NCBI GenBank assembly: GCA_963662315.1
Contig: OY759353.1
Coordinates: 1,920,001-1,984,000 of the forward strand
Length of the DNA stretch: 64,000 nt
Direction: 5' to 3'
From: Geopsychrobacteraceae bacterium
GTDB taxonomy: Bacteria; Desulfobacterota; Desulfuromonadia; Desulfuromonadales; Geopsychrobacteraceae
The notes under the pieces were generated by a model. It saw only the letters and a list, made by a program, of their open reading frames with translations. It ran no database searches and had not been told where the DNA came from. Positions 21,214-29,953 of this stretch are shown here, in pieces (position 1 is the stretch's first letter; every line of letters begins with the position of its first letter). A program made the translations under genes and the position numbers.

Positions 21214-21516
21214 TTAACGACTGTGATTCAGGTTGTAACTATATTCTCGTGGGTAGGCTTTGGCGCGCTCCTTGTGATCGGGTACTTCCCCAAACTTCTT
21301 ATGCCTTTTAATCTCCCAGCTGCCCATATCTTTTTTCGCCCTTTCTTGTGAGGCTTGCTGCGAGGCAATCAATCGGGTGAGATCCAGACTATATGTCATT
21401 TTTTCTGGAATATCTGCAGCAGGGTCTTGCACCACATCCGTGGTACCGGAATAGATTTCCACCTGAATGTTCCACGGTGAAGTAAAATCGTAATGCTCAA
21501 AGGCTTTTTTACCCAT
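21214..21516 (-). CDS. hypothetical protein, probably an orphan C-terminal fragment of an effector
   Basis: Frame is open to 21540 with no clear RBS; stop lies 11 nt before the pentapeptide gene; begins next to a repeat junction. Confidence 0.45.
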   Translation of the reverse strand: MGKKAFEHYDFTSPWNIQVEIYSGTTDVVQDPAADIPEKMTYSLDLTRLIASQQASQERAKKDMGSWEIKRHKKFGEVPDHKERAKAYPREYSYNLNHSR

Positions 21517-21565
21517 TATATCGATATAATGACAGACGACTCAGGAGCGGAACTTGGCTGGATGA

Positions 21566-21963
21566 GATGTCAAGGTATGTGAGAATCTGACCATATCGTT
21601 TCGTTTTTCACCGCAGAACCTGAAGGTCTCAAGAAATCGAGGGGGCTCCCTTCAGGCTTTGCGGATCAGAGGGGATGACGCAGGCTTGCTTTTCCAGGAC
21701 ATCAGAATTTAATATTTGAACCGGTGGTCATCAGATTCAGCTTAGGGCCGCGCTTAATGCAGGTTGGGCGGAAATCGTTGATATGGGCGTTGGTCAAATC
21801 AACTTTTCCGTCGAGGGTAACATTGTCCCAGACGACAGTGTCGGCTTTGAAGTTTTCTCCATCAATCTCACCAATGATAGTATTTTGCACAAGCAGTTCC
21901 TCGACAAAACCGTCCCACAGAGGGAAATCATGGATCATGCAATCGATCAGTGAAACATATGGC
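21566..21963. repeat. ~400-bp direct repeat copy B
   Basis: Near-identical to 19926-20324. Confidence 0.93.
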
Positions 21964-22388
21964 CAGCCTTCAAACGTCCGAATATAGGTAATGTCTGTGA
22001 CCCACGCCTGGTTGGGAGCATCAACATCAAATTCTTGCTTGAGATGGTTCTCTGCCAAAGCCGCTGGTTTTCCACTTTTATGGCGTGGGCGTTTGTAGCC
22101 AACTTGAGCTTTAATTCCTGCCTGATTCATCAGACGAGCAACTTTATTGATTCCGCAAACCTCACCTACCGAACGAAGGTCCAGATAAATCTTGCGGTAG
22201 CCGTAAACACCACCACTCTCCAGCCAAAACGGCTTGATGAGTCCCAACAACCGCTCATCTTCCAGTTGACGAGCAGATTTCGGCCGCTTGAGCCAGGCGT
22301 AATAGCCACTACGGTGGACACGCATCATGTGACACAGATTCCGAGTCGCAAATCGCTCCTGGTTCGCCCGGATGAAGGCATACCTCAC
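21702..22388 (-). pseudogene. IS3 OrfB N-terminal part fused in frame to a pentapeptide-protein C-terminus
   Basis: RSGYYAW, YGYRKI, KVARLM, PNQAWVTDITYIRTFEGW, then an abrupt switch to PYVSLIDCMIHDF...GSNIKF. Confidence 0.9.
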
Positions 22389-22723
22389 TGGGACTCTTTG
22401 GCGAAGTATGCTGTGGCCTTTTTTAGGATATCTCGTTCTTCAGTGACTCGCTTCAATTCGGCTCGGAGACGCTGGATCTCTGCTTGTTGAGAGTCTATTT
22501 CCTTAGTGTGCTCAGGCCCCTGACCATATTTTTTAAGCCACGCATAAAGGCTGTGAGCTGTAACGTCCAAACGACTGGCCACATCTTGAACGGAATATCC
22601 TCGTTCAGTGATCTGCTTGATCACTTCGGTCTTAAATTCATCGGTGTAACGTTTGCTGCTCATGATTCCTCCTGTAGTCATTTTTTATAACTCAGGAGTG
22701 TCCTGGAAACTAGTGGCGATTCA
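21962..22723 (-). mobile_element. truncated IS3-family insertion sequence (left end intact; right end and most of the DDE domain lost)
   Basis: Left end TGAATCGCCACTAGTTTCCAGGACAC at 22723; orfA/orfB overlap; A6G slippery motif at 22418-22424. Confidence 0.9.
22385..22663 (-). CDS. IS3-family transposase OrfA
   Basis: KRYTDEFK, VASRLDVTAHSLYAWLKKY (HTH), LKRVTEERDILKKATAYFAKES; AGGAGG RBS. Confidence 0.92.
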   Translation of the reverse strand: MSSKRYTDEFKTEVIKQITERGYSVQDVASRLDVTAHSLYAWLKKYGQGPEHTKEIDSQQAEIQRLRAELKRVTEERDILKKATAYFAKESQ

Positions 22724-22734
22724 ACCTCACGGAT

Positions 22735-22944
22735 TCAGGTGTAATAAAATGCAATATTTTTTATGAGATTTGAGTCATTATCGTCAAAAGGTACATTGCT
22801 ATTATTTATGTCATCAAGAATTCCTTTTGCAATACTTCCTCCTCGTTCATCTACAAGATCTAATAGTTTTTTTCTATATTCTTTATCGATAATATATTTA
22901 TTTATGAGGTATTTTAAGTTTGATGAAATTTCTTTTTCGTCCAT
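22735..22944 (-). CDS. putative cognate immunity protein
   Basis: 69 aa, very AT-rich, starts 1 nt after the Rhs toxin stop codon. Confidence 0.75.
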   Translation of the reverse strand: MDEKEISSNLKYLINKYIIDKEYRKKLLDLVDERGGSIAKGILDDINNSNVPFDDNDSNLIKNIAFYYT

Positions 22945-22945
22945 T

Positions 22946-25900
22946 CTATTTCTCCGGGATAAGAGTTACATCATCTAATTTTACATTCATCCTACTCTTT
23001 GGAACAAGTTGTACTGCACCACCTGAACCATACTGTGGATAATAACTTGTAATTGGTTCTGGATTAATTCCTTTACCACCGGCCTCTAGTGGAACTTTTA
23101 CTTTTGGTACCCCAGATGAATCGAAAAGTTGGAGTGTATCAAAAGTTCCACGGAGCCTTCCATCACTCCACGATTTAGGATTGCCTTGTTGGTAAAATAT
23201 TTGAAATGCATCCCTAGTATCTTGGCCTGTATCATATTTTTCAAATCCAAAATAGCTTAATGGAGCTTCCTTGTTGGCAATTGTGGGTGCTGCATGAGAC
23301 GAATCCATGTACCGATAGCCTGTTGATGGCAGCGTTGCAGAAGGACCACCAGGGCCAACATAAAAGTCAGTTTTCCCGTTGATTTTCCTATTGTTGTTAG
23401 TTTCTTTACAACTCAACCCAAGCGGATCAACCCATCCCCAAACATTTGGCGCATAAGCGTAAGTGTTGGAACCTGCTGCTAAGCCTAACGGATCCTGGCT
23501 GATGAAGCTACTGGTTCTGGTGTCGAAGTAGCGGTAACGGTTGTAGGCCAGGTCGAGTTCGTCGTCGTAATATTGCCCCTGGAAGCGTAGCGGGTTGTCA
23601 AAGTTCTCACTGTCAATCTGGGTGCAGTTGCCTTGTGCATCGTATCTAGCTGACCAGATGATTTTACCATCTTTGTTGGTCACCTCATGTGGCAGGCCGA
23701 CAGCATCGGTATGGATCATGTTGATACTACCGTTGTTTTCTATAATTGCCAGAGGTTCGAAGCTGCCGGGGTAATAGACAAATTCGCGGGTTTTGCCGTC
23801 GATAGTATCGGCAAGCAGTTGATCCCCGTCCCAGCTGAAGCTAGTGGCAGAATATTCACTTTGCTTGCTCAGTCGCCGGCCCTGGGCGTCGTAGGTCATG
23901 CGGACTTGCTGGCCGTTGTTATCTTCTGCGCTAATCAGGCGGTTGTTTTGATCCCAGTTAAAGGTCTGTTTGCCCGTTTCTGTGATTCTGGCGGTCAGGT
24001 TGCCAGCGACATCATAGTGATGTTCGCGCTCGCCATAGGTCATCACCCGCTTGCTGCTAGTCGATTCCGGCTGAGAGTTTTTCAGCAGGTTGCCAGCCGG
24101 GTCGTGGAGGAAGCTTTCCACCTGTTGCAGAGGGTTGATCGCCTGGGTGATACGGCCAAGCGGATCGTAGGTAAAGTAGCTTTCACCCTTATGGTTGTCT
24201 TTGCGAACTGTAAGATTCCCCAGTTCGTCATATTCATAACTGCGCTGGATTTTCTCACCACCCGGCAGGTTGACCAGCTGATCGGCCAGTTGATTCTGAG
24301 CGGTGTAGTCAAAGACACGCTCAATGCCACCAAAGGTTTCTTTGATCGGCAGGCCCTGCTGATTGCGGGAGATCGCAAGTTCGCTGCCATTGATGATGAT
24401 GGCGGTGTTGCGGCCCAGATCATCGTAGCTGTATTCGATCTCGTTGCCCCGGGCGGAGATACGACGCGTCCGATTACCAAGAAGATCGTATTCATGTGAT
24501 GTCGTTTCACCGTTAATGGTTTCGGAGATGAGGCGGTTTTCGGCATCAAATTTTTGAGAAACGACAGCGGATTCGTTGCTATGACCGGTCAGGTTGCCAT
24601 TGGCGTCATAGCTGTATGTTTCAATGCTGTCGTCGCCAAAGCTTTTCTCGATGAGGCGGCCGAGATCGTCGTTCAGATAGCGGGTAACACGCTTGAGTGG
24701 GTCGATGCTTTCGAGCAGCTGACCCGCGGGGTCGTAGTGGTAATGGCGGCTCTGGCCAAAGTAATCGGTCTCTTTAGTGACGCGCCCAGCGTGATCGCGT
24801 TCAAGCAGGTATTCTTCGCCTTTTTCATTGATCAGGGCGATGAGGTTTTCTTCACTGTTGTATCTGTATGTCAGGCTGGTGCCATCGGGGTTGATTCGCT
24901 TGTGGAGCTTTCCAAGGCCAAAGTAGCTGAGGCGGATCGTCTGTCCTTTTTCATTGGTATAGCTGATCAGTCTGCTTTCAGCATCATAGCTGCAGTGAAC
25001 GCTGGAGCCTTCCGGTTTATCAACACGGATCAGGCGGGATGCGGAGTCGTAATGATAGGTTGTTTTTGCGGATTCCAGACTGAATGCAGCCGCCAATCGC
25101 CCTTGAGTATCATATTCGTAAGACTGGGTGGCTCCATCGGCATGAATAGATTTGAGAAGTTGTCCGCTGTTGTTGTAGTTGAGATGAGTTTTGCCGCCAT
25201 TAGGGGCTGTGACGGCAACAAGATCGCCCAGCGTGTTGTATTCGTAACCGGTTTGAGCGCCTGTTGGTGTCGTTTTCTGAACAAGGCGATTTTTGTCGTC
25301 GAACAGCTGTTGCCAGAGATTGCCGTTTGGATCGGTCAGGCCTATCGGGTTGTTGAATTCATCAAAATCCAACTGAATGGTAGAGCCATCTGGTCGTTCG
25401 ATATTAGTCAGCTTGCCGGTTTCGTTGTACTGGTAGTTGGTTTGACGGCCGAGTTCATCTTTGATGCCGGTTGCCAGCCCCTGCGCGTTGTAATTGTAAG
25501 TTGATATGTTGCCGGCATGGTCGGTAATGACAACTGGTTTGTAGCTTTCATCGTACTCAAAGATTTTGGTATGACCCAAAGAATTGATGATTTCAGTTCG
25601 TCTGCTTTCCGGCCGATAGTTAAAACGGTAGTGATAGAGGTTGTTATCGCCCCAGGTGGCAATCGCTTTGCCTTTGGCAGTTGCCTGGTCATAGGCATAA
25701 TGGAAGGTCAAACCACTTCTGAAAGTCAGTCTGGTCAGGCAGTGATTATCATATTTGTAGCGCAGAGCATGGCCGGACTGATCTGTAACGGATAACAGGT
25801 CACCCCGGGTCGGGTCATAGCCGTATTCAACCAGGGTAATCTTCTGATTATTGCTGAGAACCCGTTCCATCTTACGGATATGTCCGTTTTCGGAACTAAC

Positions 25901-28900
25901 CTCAATCTGCAGCCCCGAAGAGTCTTTGATTGTTGCCAGCCCATTATCGTCTCTTCCGTAAACAAAAGTATTGCCATATTGGTCAGAGACTTTTTCAAGA
26001 TAGGAAGCTTCTCCTTTAACCATTTTCGGGAAAGAAAAGCTGACACTATTTTCTCCTGTGACAACATAGTGTGATTCAGTCTGGTGAAGAACAAAATTGC
26101 CGCTGACATCCCCGCTTTCTGCCTGATCACCATCCGGAAATGCCTTAAAAACGCTAGCCGATTTTGAACCGTGATGATAAATAAAAGAGCCATCTTTCTC
26201 ATAAACAAGCCTTGCGTCGGCTGGTGACTGCCAGCCGTACCCCAGCGATGAATCACTCTGCGTCTGTGAGCAGTAGTGGCGGGTCCAGACAAGCGAAATA
26301 CGGCCTGGCAAAGCAAAATCGGTCACTTCTTCGACTACAGCCCCAGTGATAGCGTTTACCGGGTGGCCACATTCAACATCAACAGGGCTATCATTGACAT
26401 GTTTGTTAAGTTCTGCATTTTTGGTAACGAGGTAATCATCAACCGGAGCAGCTTTGTCCTGCTGTTTAACCAAAACCTTCCGGCTACTGCCACGAACACT
26501 ATTCTCCACCCCTTCATCCAGCATCTTACCAATTTTAAGCCCCAACTCATCACCAACTTTGGCGAACTGGGCATTGATCTGCCCTTTGACGGTTTGCAGG
26601 CTGTTCAGGGTGTCCTGGATTTTGGCGTGGATATTCTGAAACTTCTGCGGCACATGGGATTTCAGGTCGGTGAGCAGGGCGGCGACTTTGTCCATGATTG
26701 TATGCCCGTATTGTGCGGCTTCGTCGATGTAGTCCTTCAGCTTGCCGGCTTTCAGCTCTTTGAGCCAGCTGACACCGTTTCCCTTCATGAAGTAGTTAAA
26801 CAGAGCAAGAACTTCGTCTAGCTTGGCTCCCTTCCAGATGAGTTTGAACACGCCTTTGAGCAGGGAACCTAAGGTGGGGATCAAACCGACCAGGGTGACG
26901 ACCAGGGCAAACCAGATGGCGGCTTCCTTATAGCGTTTATCCCAGACCAGCAGTTTGATGTTGGCGGTGATATCACGCACATCACCCACCTGATCAACCA
27001 CTGGAATGGCGGTAATAATAGCGTTGGTCGCAATCTGGCCGATGGTGGCGTCTTCGTTAAAATCTCCCTGTAACGCGCCCCAGGTCCAGTCGGCTGCGTC
27101 CTTGGTGGTATCCCAGGCGCCTTTGAGGGTCGTGGTCATGCGTTCAAACCACCCCTGTTCTTCTGGGTGAGGCTGGGGTTCGCTGGTGACCAACTGTTCT
27201 ACTTCGCCTGGGTCTCCACCATAATCGACGCGAATATCCTCTTTGTCGGCGGGAAGAATGACGTATGCCTTCCCTTGCTTATCCAGCACGCCCCCAGCAA
27301 TGACGTTATCGCTATCATCATAGATCGTATAACTGGCCCCGGCGACACCGCTTCCATCTGCGTAGAGGTATTCAAGCTCGACCCAGTTGGGTGCAGGGGT
27401 TGGGCCGGCCTGCCCTTCCATGGTGCCGATCCCAATGGCCGCCGTCGCCGTCACACCACTGGCCAAACTGACACTTGGCGGGCTGGTGACGTCCATGTTG
27501 ATCTTGCCGCTCATGCTGACGGTTCCGGCAAAGTTGACGTTGGTGCCGAACAGGGTGATGTTGCCGGATGGGTCCATCTTGATGCCACCACCGGCCTGGC
27601 CGATGCAGATATCACCACCACCATCCCCCTGTATTTTGATGGCGCCTCTGCTATCGAGGATCATGCTGCCGCTGTTGATATTGATGGCTGCGGAGCTGCC
27701 ATCCACCTTGATGTTCATGGCTTCGCGGATATCGATACGCATGTCGTTACCGGCTTCGAACTCGATATTTTCACCCGACTCAAGCTGGATATTGTTGGCA
27801 CCGCGCAGCAGCACGTCGGTAGCCGACTGGTGGTGGATTTCGGCACTGTTGGTGATGGTCTGGTGACGGTCTTCCACCACCTGGATGCGGTTATTGCCGA
27901 CCGTTTCGGTCAGGGTATCACCACTGGTGGTGTTCAGGGTCTGTTTGGCGTAGAACTCGGCCAGGCCCTGCTCTGTAGCCAGGCGGATCAGGTGTTCGGC
28001 CTTGCTGGCGTTGAGGTGCAGCATATTGTGACCGGCGAAGGTGCGCAAGGTGATGACAGGGGCATCGATGGTATCATCCAGACACAGTTCCTGATCATTG
28101 GCGCTGCGCAGGCGATTGTGGGCGGCACTGCTGGCGCTGACCGGGGACGGGGTTTCCGGGTTGGGCAGGCTGCCGATAATTACCGGGCGGTCGGGATCGC
28201 CGTTCAGGCAACTGACCAGAATTTCGACGCCGTCCTGCAGCGGGGTGTGGAAGCCGGGCTGATGGCCGTTTCCGGTGCCGCCGTAGGGTTGCAGGCGCCG
28301 CGTGAAGATGCTGTTCTGGGCGAAGGGTTTTGTCAGGCTGTCGTTATGCTGACGGTAACGGGTCCGTCCGGCGCTGTCCAGTTGGGCTGTTGGGTCTTTG
28401 CTTTCTATGCGTGCGGTCACTGCCAGGGGCACTTTGGGGCGTTTGCTTTCAGGCACCCGGTAAGGTGTTTCGCGCGGCACCAAAACCACCGCGTTGCTAT
28501 AGGGGCAATCACTGTCGCCACCCAGGCCAAGGCCGGCATACTGATGGAGTTTATGGGTCATTCCGGTGATCAGGTAATCGCCACTGATGCCGCTGCCAAA
28601 ACGGTCCGCGTCAATGCGCACGATGCGCCCGACACGCAGATCGACGGCATGGCTGGAGATGGTCAGTTTCTGCTGTTGCGCTGCTCCGATATGGGCCAAC
28701 AACTCGGTCGCCGCACTGGCTTCATCGGTACTGGTCACACCGCGCCCAGTGCAGACCAAGGTGGTCCCATACGCGGATTTGCCAGCGCCTGGCAGCTGGC
28801 GCTCGCTGAGCAGGGCCTGTCCCGGTGCTGATTCAGCGACGTCGTGGACCAGATAGCAGTCACTGACCAGCTGCGCCCCCAGTTCCATGGTCAGCACATC

Positions 28901-29536
28901 GTTGTCAGTGGCATCATGGTCCAGCCCGGCATTGGCCCGGTACTCAAGCGCCGGGCGCGCCAGCGGTCGACAATGGCTGGCCGTGTCGGCAAAATGGAGC
29001 ATTTCCTGCTCGTCACTGGCCGCTGACCAGAACAGGATGCCGTGTCGACTGCATAAGCGGGCGAGAAAATCAAAGTCGCTTTCGCCAGCCTGCAGGGTGG
29101 TCGGCCGGGCCGGGTAACTCTGTCCCCAGTCACAGAACAGGGCATTGTCATCAAGCCCATGGCGGTTGCACAGCAGTTGAATAATCTCAGGCAGGCTGTG
29201 ATCGAGCAGCAGACGGGTATCGCTCACCTGCTGCAACCGGTACAGATGTGAGCTTACCTCCAGACGCCACAGTTGCCGTTGATCGGGCAGGCCCATGACA
29301 TGAGCAACCTGAGTGACCAGACCGAAGACGGTGCGCTGTTGACCGCTGGTCGCCAACATCGACATGCGAACGCTGCTGCCCAACTGGTTGGTAAGCGACT
29401 GATAACCGGGCACGACGAGTTCAAGGGCAAAAGAAAACGGGCGGTTAAAGACTTCCTGCCCGGTCACAGATACGACGGCATAATCAGCACCACCCACCCG
29501 GACGGTCAGGCGTGACTGAGCAGCAGATATTGACAA
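22946..29536 (-). CDS. vgrG: evolved VgrG fused to a FIX-like domain, Rhs core and C-terminal toxin
   Basis: VgrG motifs (GQEVFNRPFSF, QAGESDFDFLARL...HGILF, GFHTPLQDGVEILVSCLNGDPDRPVIIGSLPN); IPVVDQVGDVRD...GLIPTLGSLLKGVFK; GHPVNAITG, YD repeats, PLRFQGQYYD, DPLG-x18-DPLG; AAGGAGG RBS. Confidence 0.93.
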   Translation of the reverse strand: MSISAAQSRLTVRVGGADYAVVSVTGQEVFNRPFSFALELVVPGYQSLTNQLGSSVRMSMLATSGQQRTVFGLVTQVAHVMGLPDQRQLWRLEVSSHLYRLQQVSDTRLLLDHSLPEIIQLLCNRHGLDDNALFCDWGQSYPARPTTLQAGESDFDFLARLCSRHGILFWSAASDEQEMLHFADTASHCRPLARPALEYRANAGLDHDATDNDVLTMELGAQLVSDCYLVHDVAESAPGQALLSERQLPGAGKSAYGTTLVCTGRGVTSTDEASAATELLAHIGAAQQQKLTISSHAVDLRVGRIVRIDADRFGSGISGDYLITGMTHKLHQYAGLGLGGDSDCPYSNAVVLVPRETPYRVPESKRPKVPLAVTARIESKDPTAQLDSAGRTRYRQHNDSLTKPFAQNSIFTRRLQPYGGTGNGHQPGFHTPLQDGVEILVSCLNGDPDRPVIIGSLPNPETPSPVSASSAAHNRLRSANDQELCLDDTIDAPVITLRTFAGHNMLHLNASKAEHLIRLATEQGLAEFYAKQTLNTTSGDTLTETVGNNRIQVVEDRHQTITNSAEIHHQSATDVLLRGANNIQLESGENIEFEAGNDMRIDIREAMNIKVDGSSAAININSGSMILDSRGAIKIQGDGGGDICIGQAGGGIKMDPSGNITLFGTNVNFAGTVSMSGKINMDVTSPPSVSLASGVTATAAIGIGTMEGQAGPTPAPNWVELEYLYADGSGVAGASYTIYDDSDNVIAGGVLDKQGKAYVILPADKEDIRVDYGGDPGEVEQLVTSEPQPHPEEQGWFERMTTTLKGAWDTTKDAADWTWGALQGDFNEDATIGQIATNAIITAIPVVDQVGDVRDITANIKLLVWDKRYKEAAIWFALVVTLVGLIPTLGSLLKGVFKLIWKGAKLDEVLALFNYFMKGNGVSWLKELKAGKLKDYIDEAAQYGHTIMDKVAALLTDLKSHVPQKFQNIHAKIQDTLNSLQTVKGQINAQFAKVGDELGLKIGKMLDEGVENSVRGSSRKVLVKQQDKAAPVDDYLVTKNAELNKHVNDSPVDVECGHPVNAITGAVVEEVTDFALPGRISLVWTRHYCSQTQSDSSLGYGWQSPADARLVYEKDGSFIYHHGSKSASVFKAFPDGDQAESGDVSGNFVLHQTESHYVVTGENSVSFSFPKMVKGEASYLEKVSDQYGNTFVYGRDDNGLATIKDSSGLQIEVSSENGHIRKMERVLSNNQKITLVEYGYDPTRGDLLSVTDQSGHALRYKYDNHCLTRLTFRSGLTFHYAYDQATAKGKAIATWGDNNLYHYRFNYRPESRRTEIINSLGHTKIFEYDESYKPVVITDHAGNISTYNYNAQGLATGIKDELGRQTNYQYNETGKLTNIERPDGSTIQLDFDEFNNPIGLTDPNGNLWQQLFDDKNRLVQKTTPTGAQTGYEYNTLGDLVAVTAPNGGKTHLNYNNSGQLLKSIHADGATQSYEYDTQGRLAAAFSLESAKTTYHYDSASRLIRVDKPEGSSVHCSYDAESRLISYTNEKGQTIRLSYFGLGKLHKRINPDGTSLTYRYNSEENLIALINEKGEEYLLERDHAGRVTKETDYFGQSRHYHYDPAGQLLESIDPLKRVTRYLNDDLGRLIEKSFGDDSIETYSYDANGNLTGHSNESAVVSQKFDAENRLISETINGETTSHEYDLLGNRTRRISARGNEIEYSYDDLGRNTAIIINGSELAISRNQQGLPIKETFGGIERVFDYTAQNQLADQLVNLPGGEKIQRSYEYDELGNLTVRKDNHKGESYFTYDPLGRITQAINPLQQVESFLHDPAGNLLKNSQPESTSSKRVMTYGEREHHYDVAGNLTARITETGKQTFNWDQNNRLISAEDNNGQQVRMTYDAQGRRLSKQSEYSATSFSWDGDQLLADTIDGKTREFVYYPGSFEPLAIIENNGSINMIHTDAVGLPHEVTNKDGKIIWSARYDAQGNCTQIDSENFDNPLRFQGQYYDDELDLAYNRYRYFDTRTSSFISQDPLGLAAGSNTYAYAPNVWGWVDPLGLSCKETNNNRKINGKTDFYVGPGGPSATLPSTGYRYMDSSHAAPTIANKEAPLSYFGFEKYDTGQDTRDAFQIFYQQGNPKSWSDGRLRGTFDTLQLFDSSGVPKVKVPLEAGGKGINPEPITSYYPQYGSGGAVQLVPKSRMNVKLDDVTLIPEK

Positions 29537-29953
29537 GGGTCCCCCTCCTTGTGAAAAATGGTGCTTAAGATAAATACAAAGAGCTCCAGACGGTTTAAAC
29601 CTATCAGGTTATACCCCCTGATGTCATCCTGAAGCATTTTTTTAATTAAAGATTTTTCCCGAAAGGGCTATCACGTTCTACTCTTTGTTGTCAATGTCAT
29701 ATACCTGTTAATCTTCCGAATCAGGAACAAGTAAACATACAAAAGATCAAAACATGAGCAGAGGCGCAACCACATCATAAATTGACATCAGATTGCTAAA
29801 AATAGCGAGTTTATCCAGATAAAAGTTAGCTATTTAGCCTACTTACTGAGCTCATGAATACTAAAATCTAACAACGGGTTCTTTGGTACCATTCAGAGCG
29901 GTAGCTATGGAAAAACCATGCATCCGTTCGGACCAGAATGTATTTTCCCACCT

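Noticed and set aside
23687..28831. Long plus-strand ORFs (270, 316 and 554 aa)
   Set aside because: Antisense shadows of the GC-rich VgrG-Rhs gene
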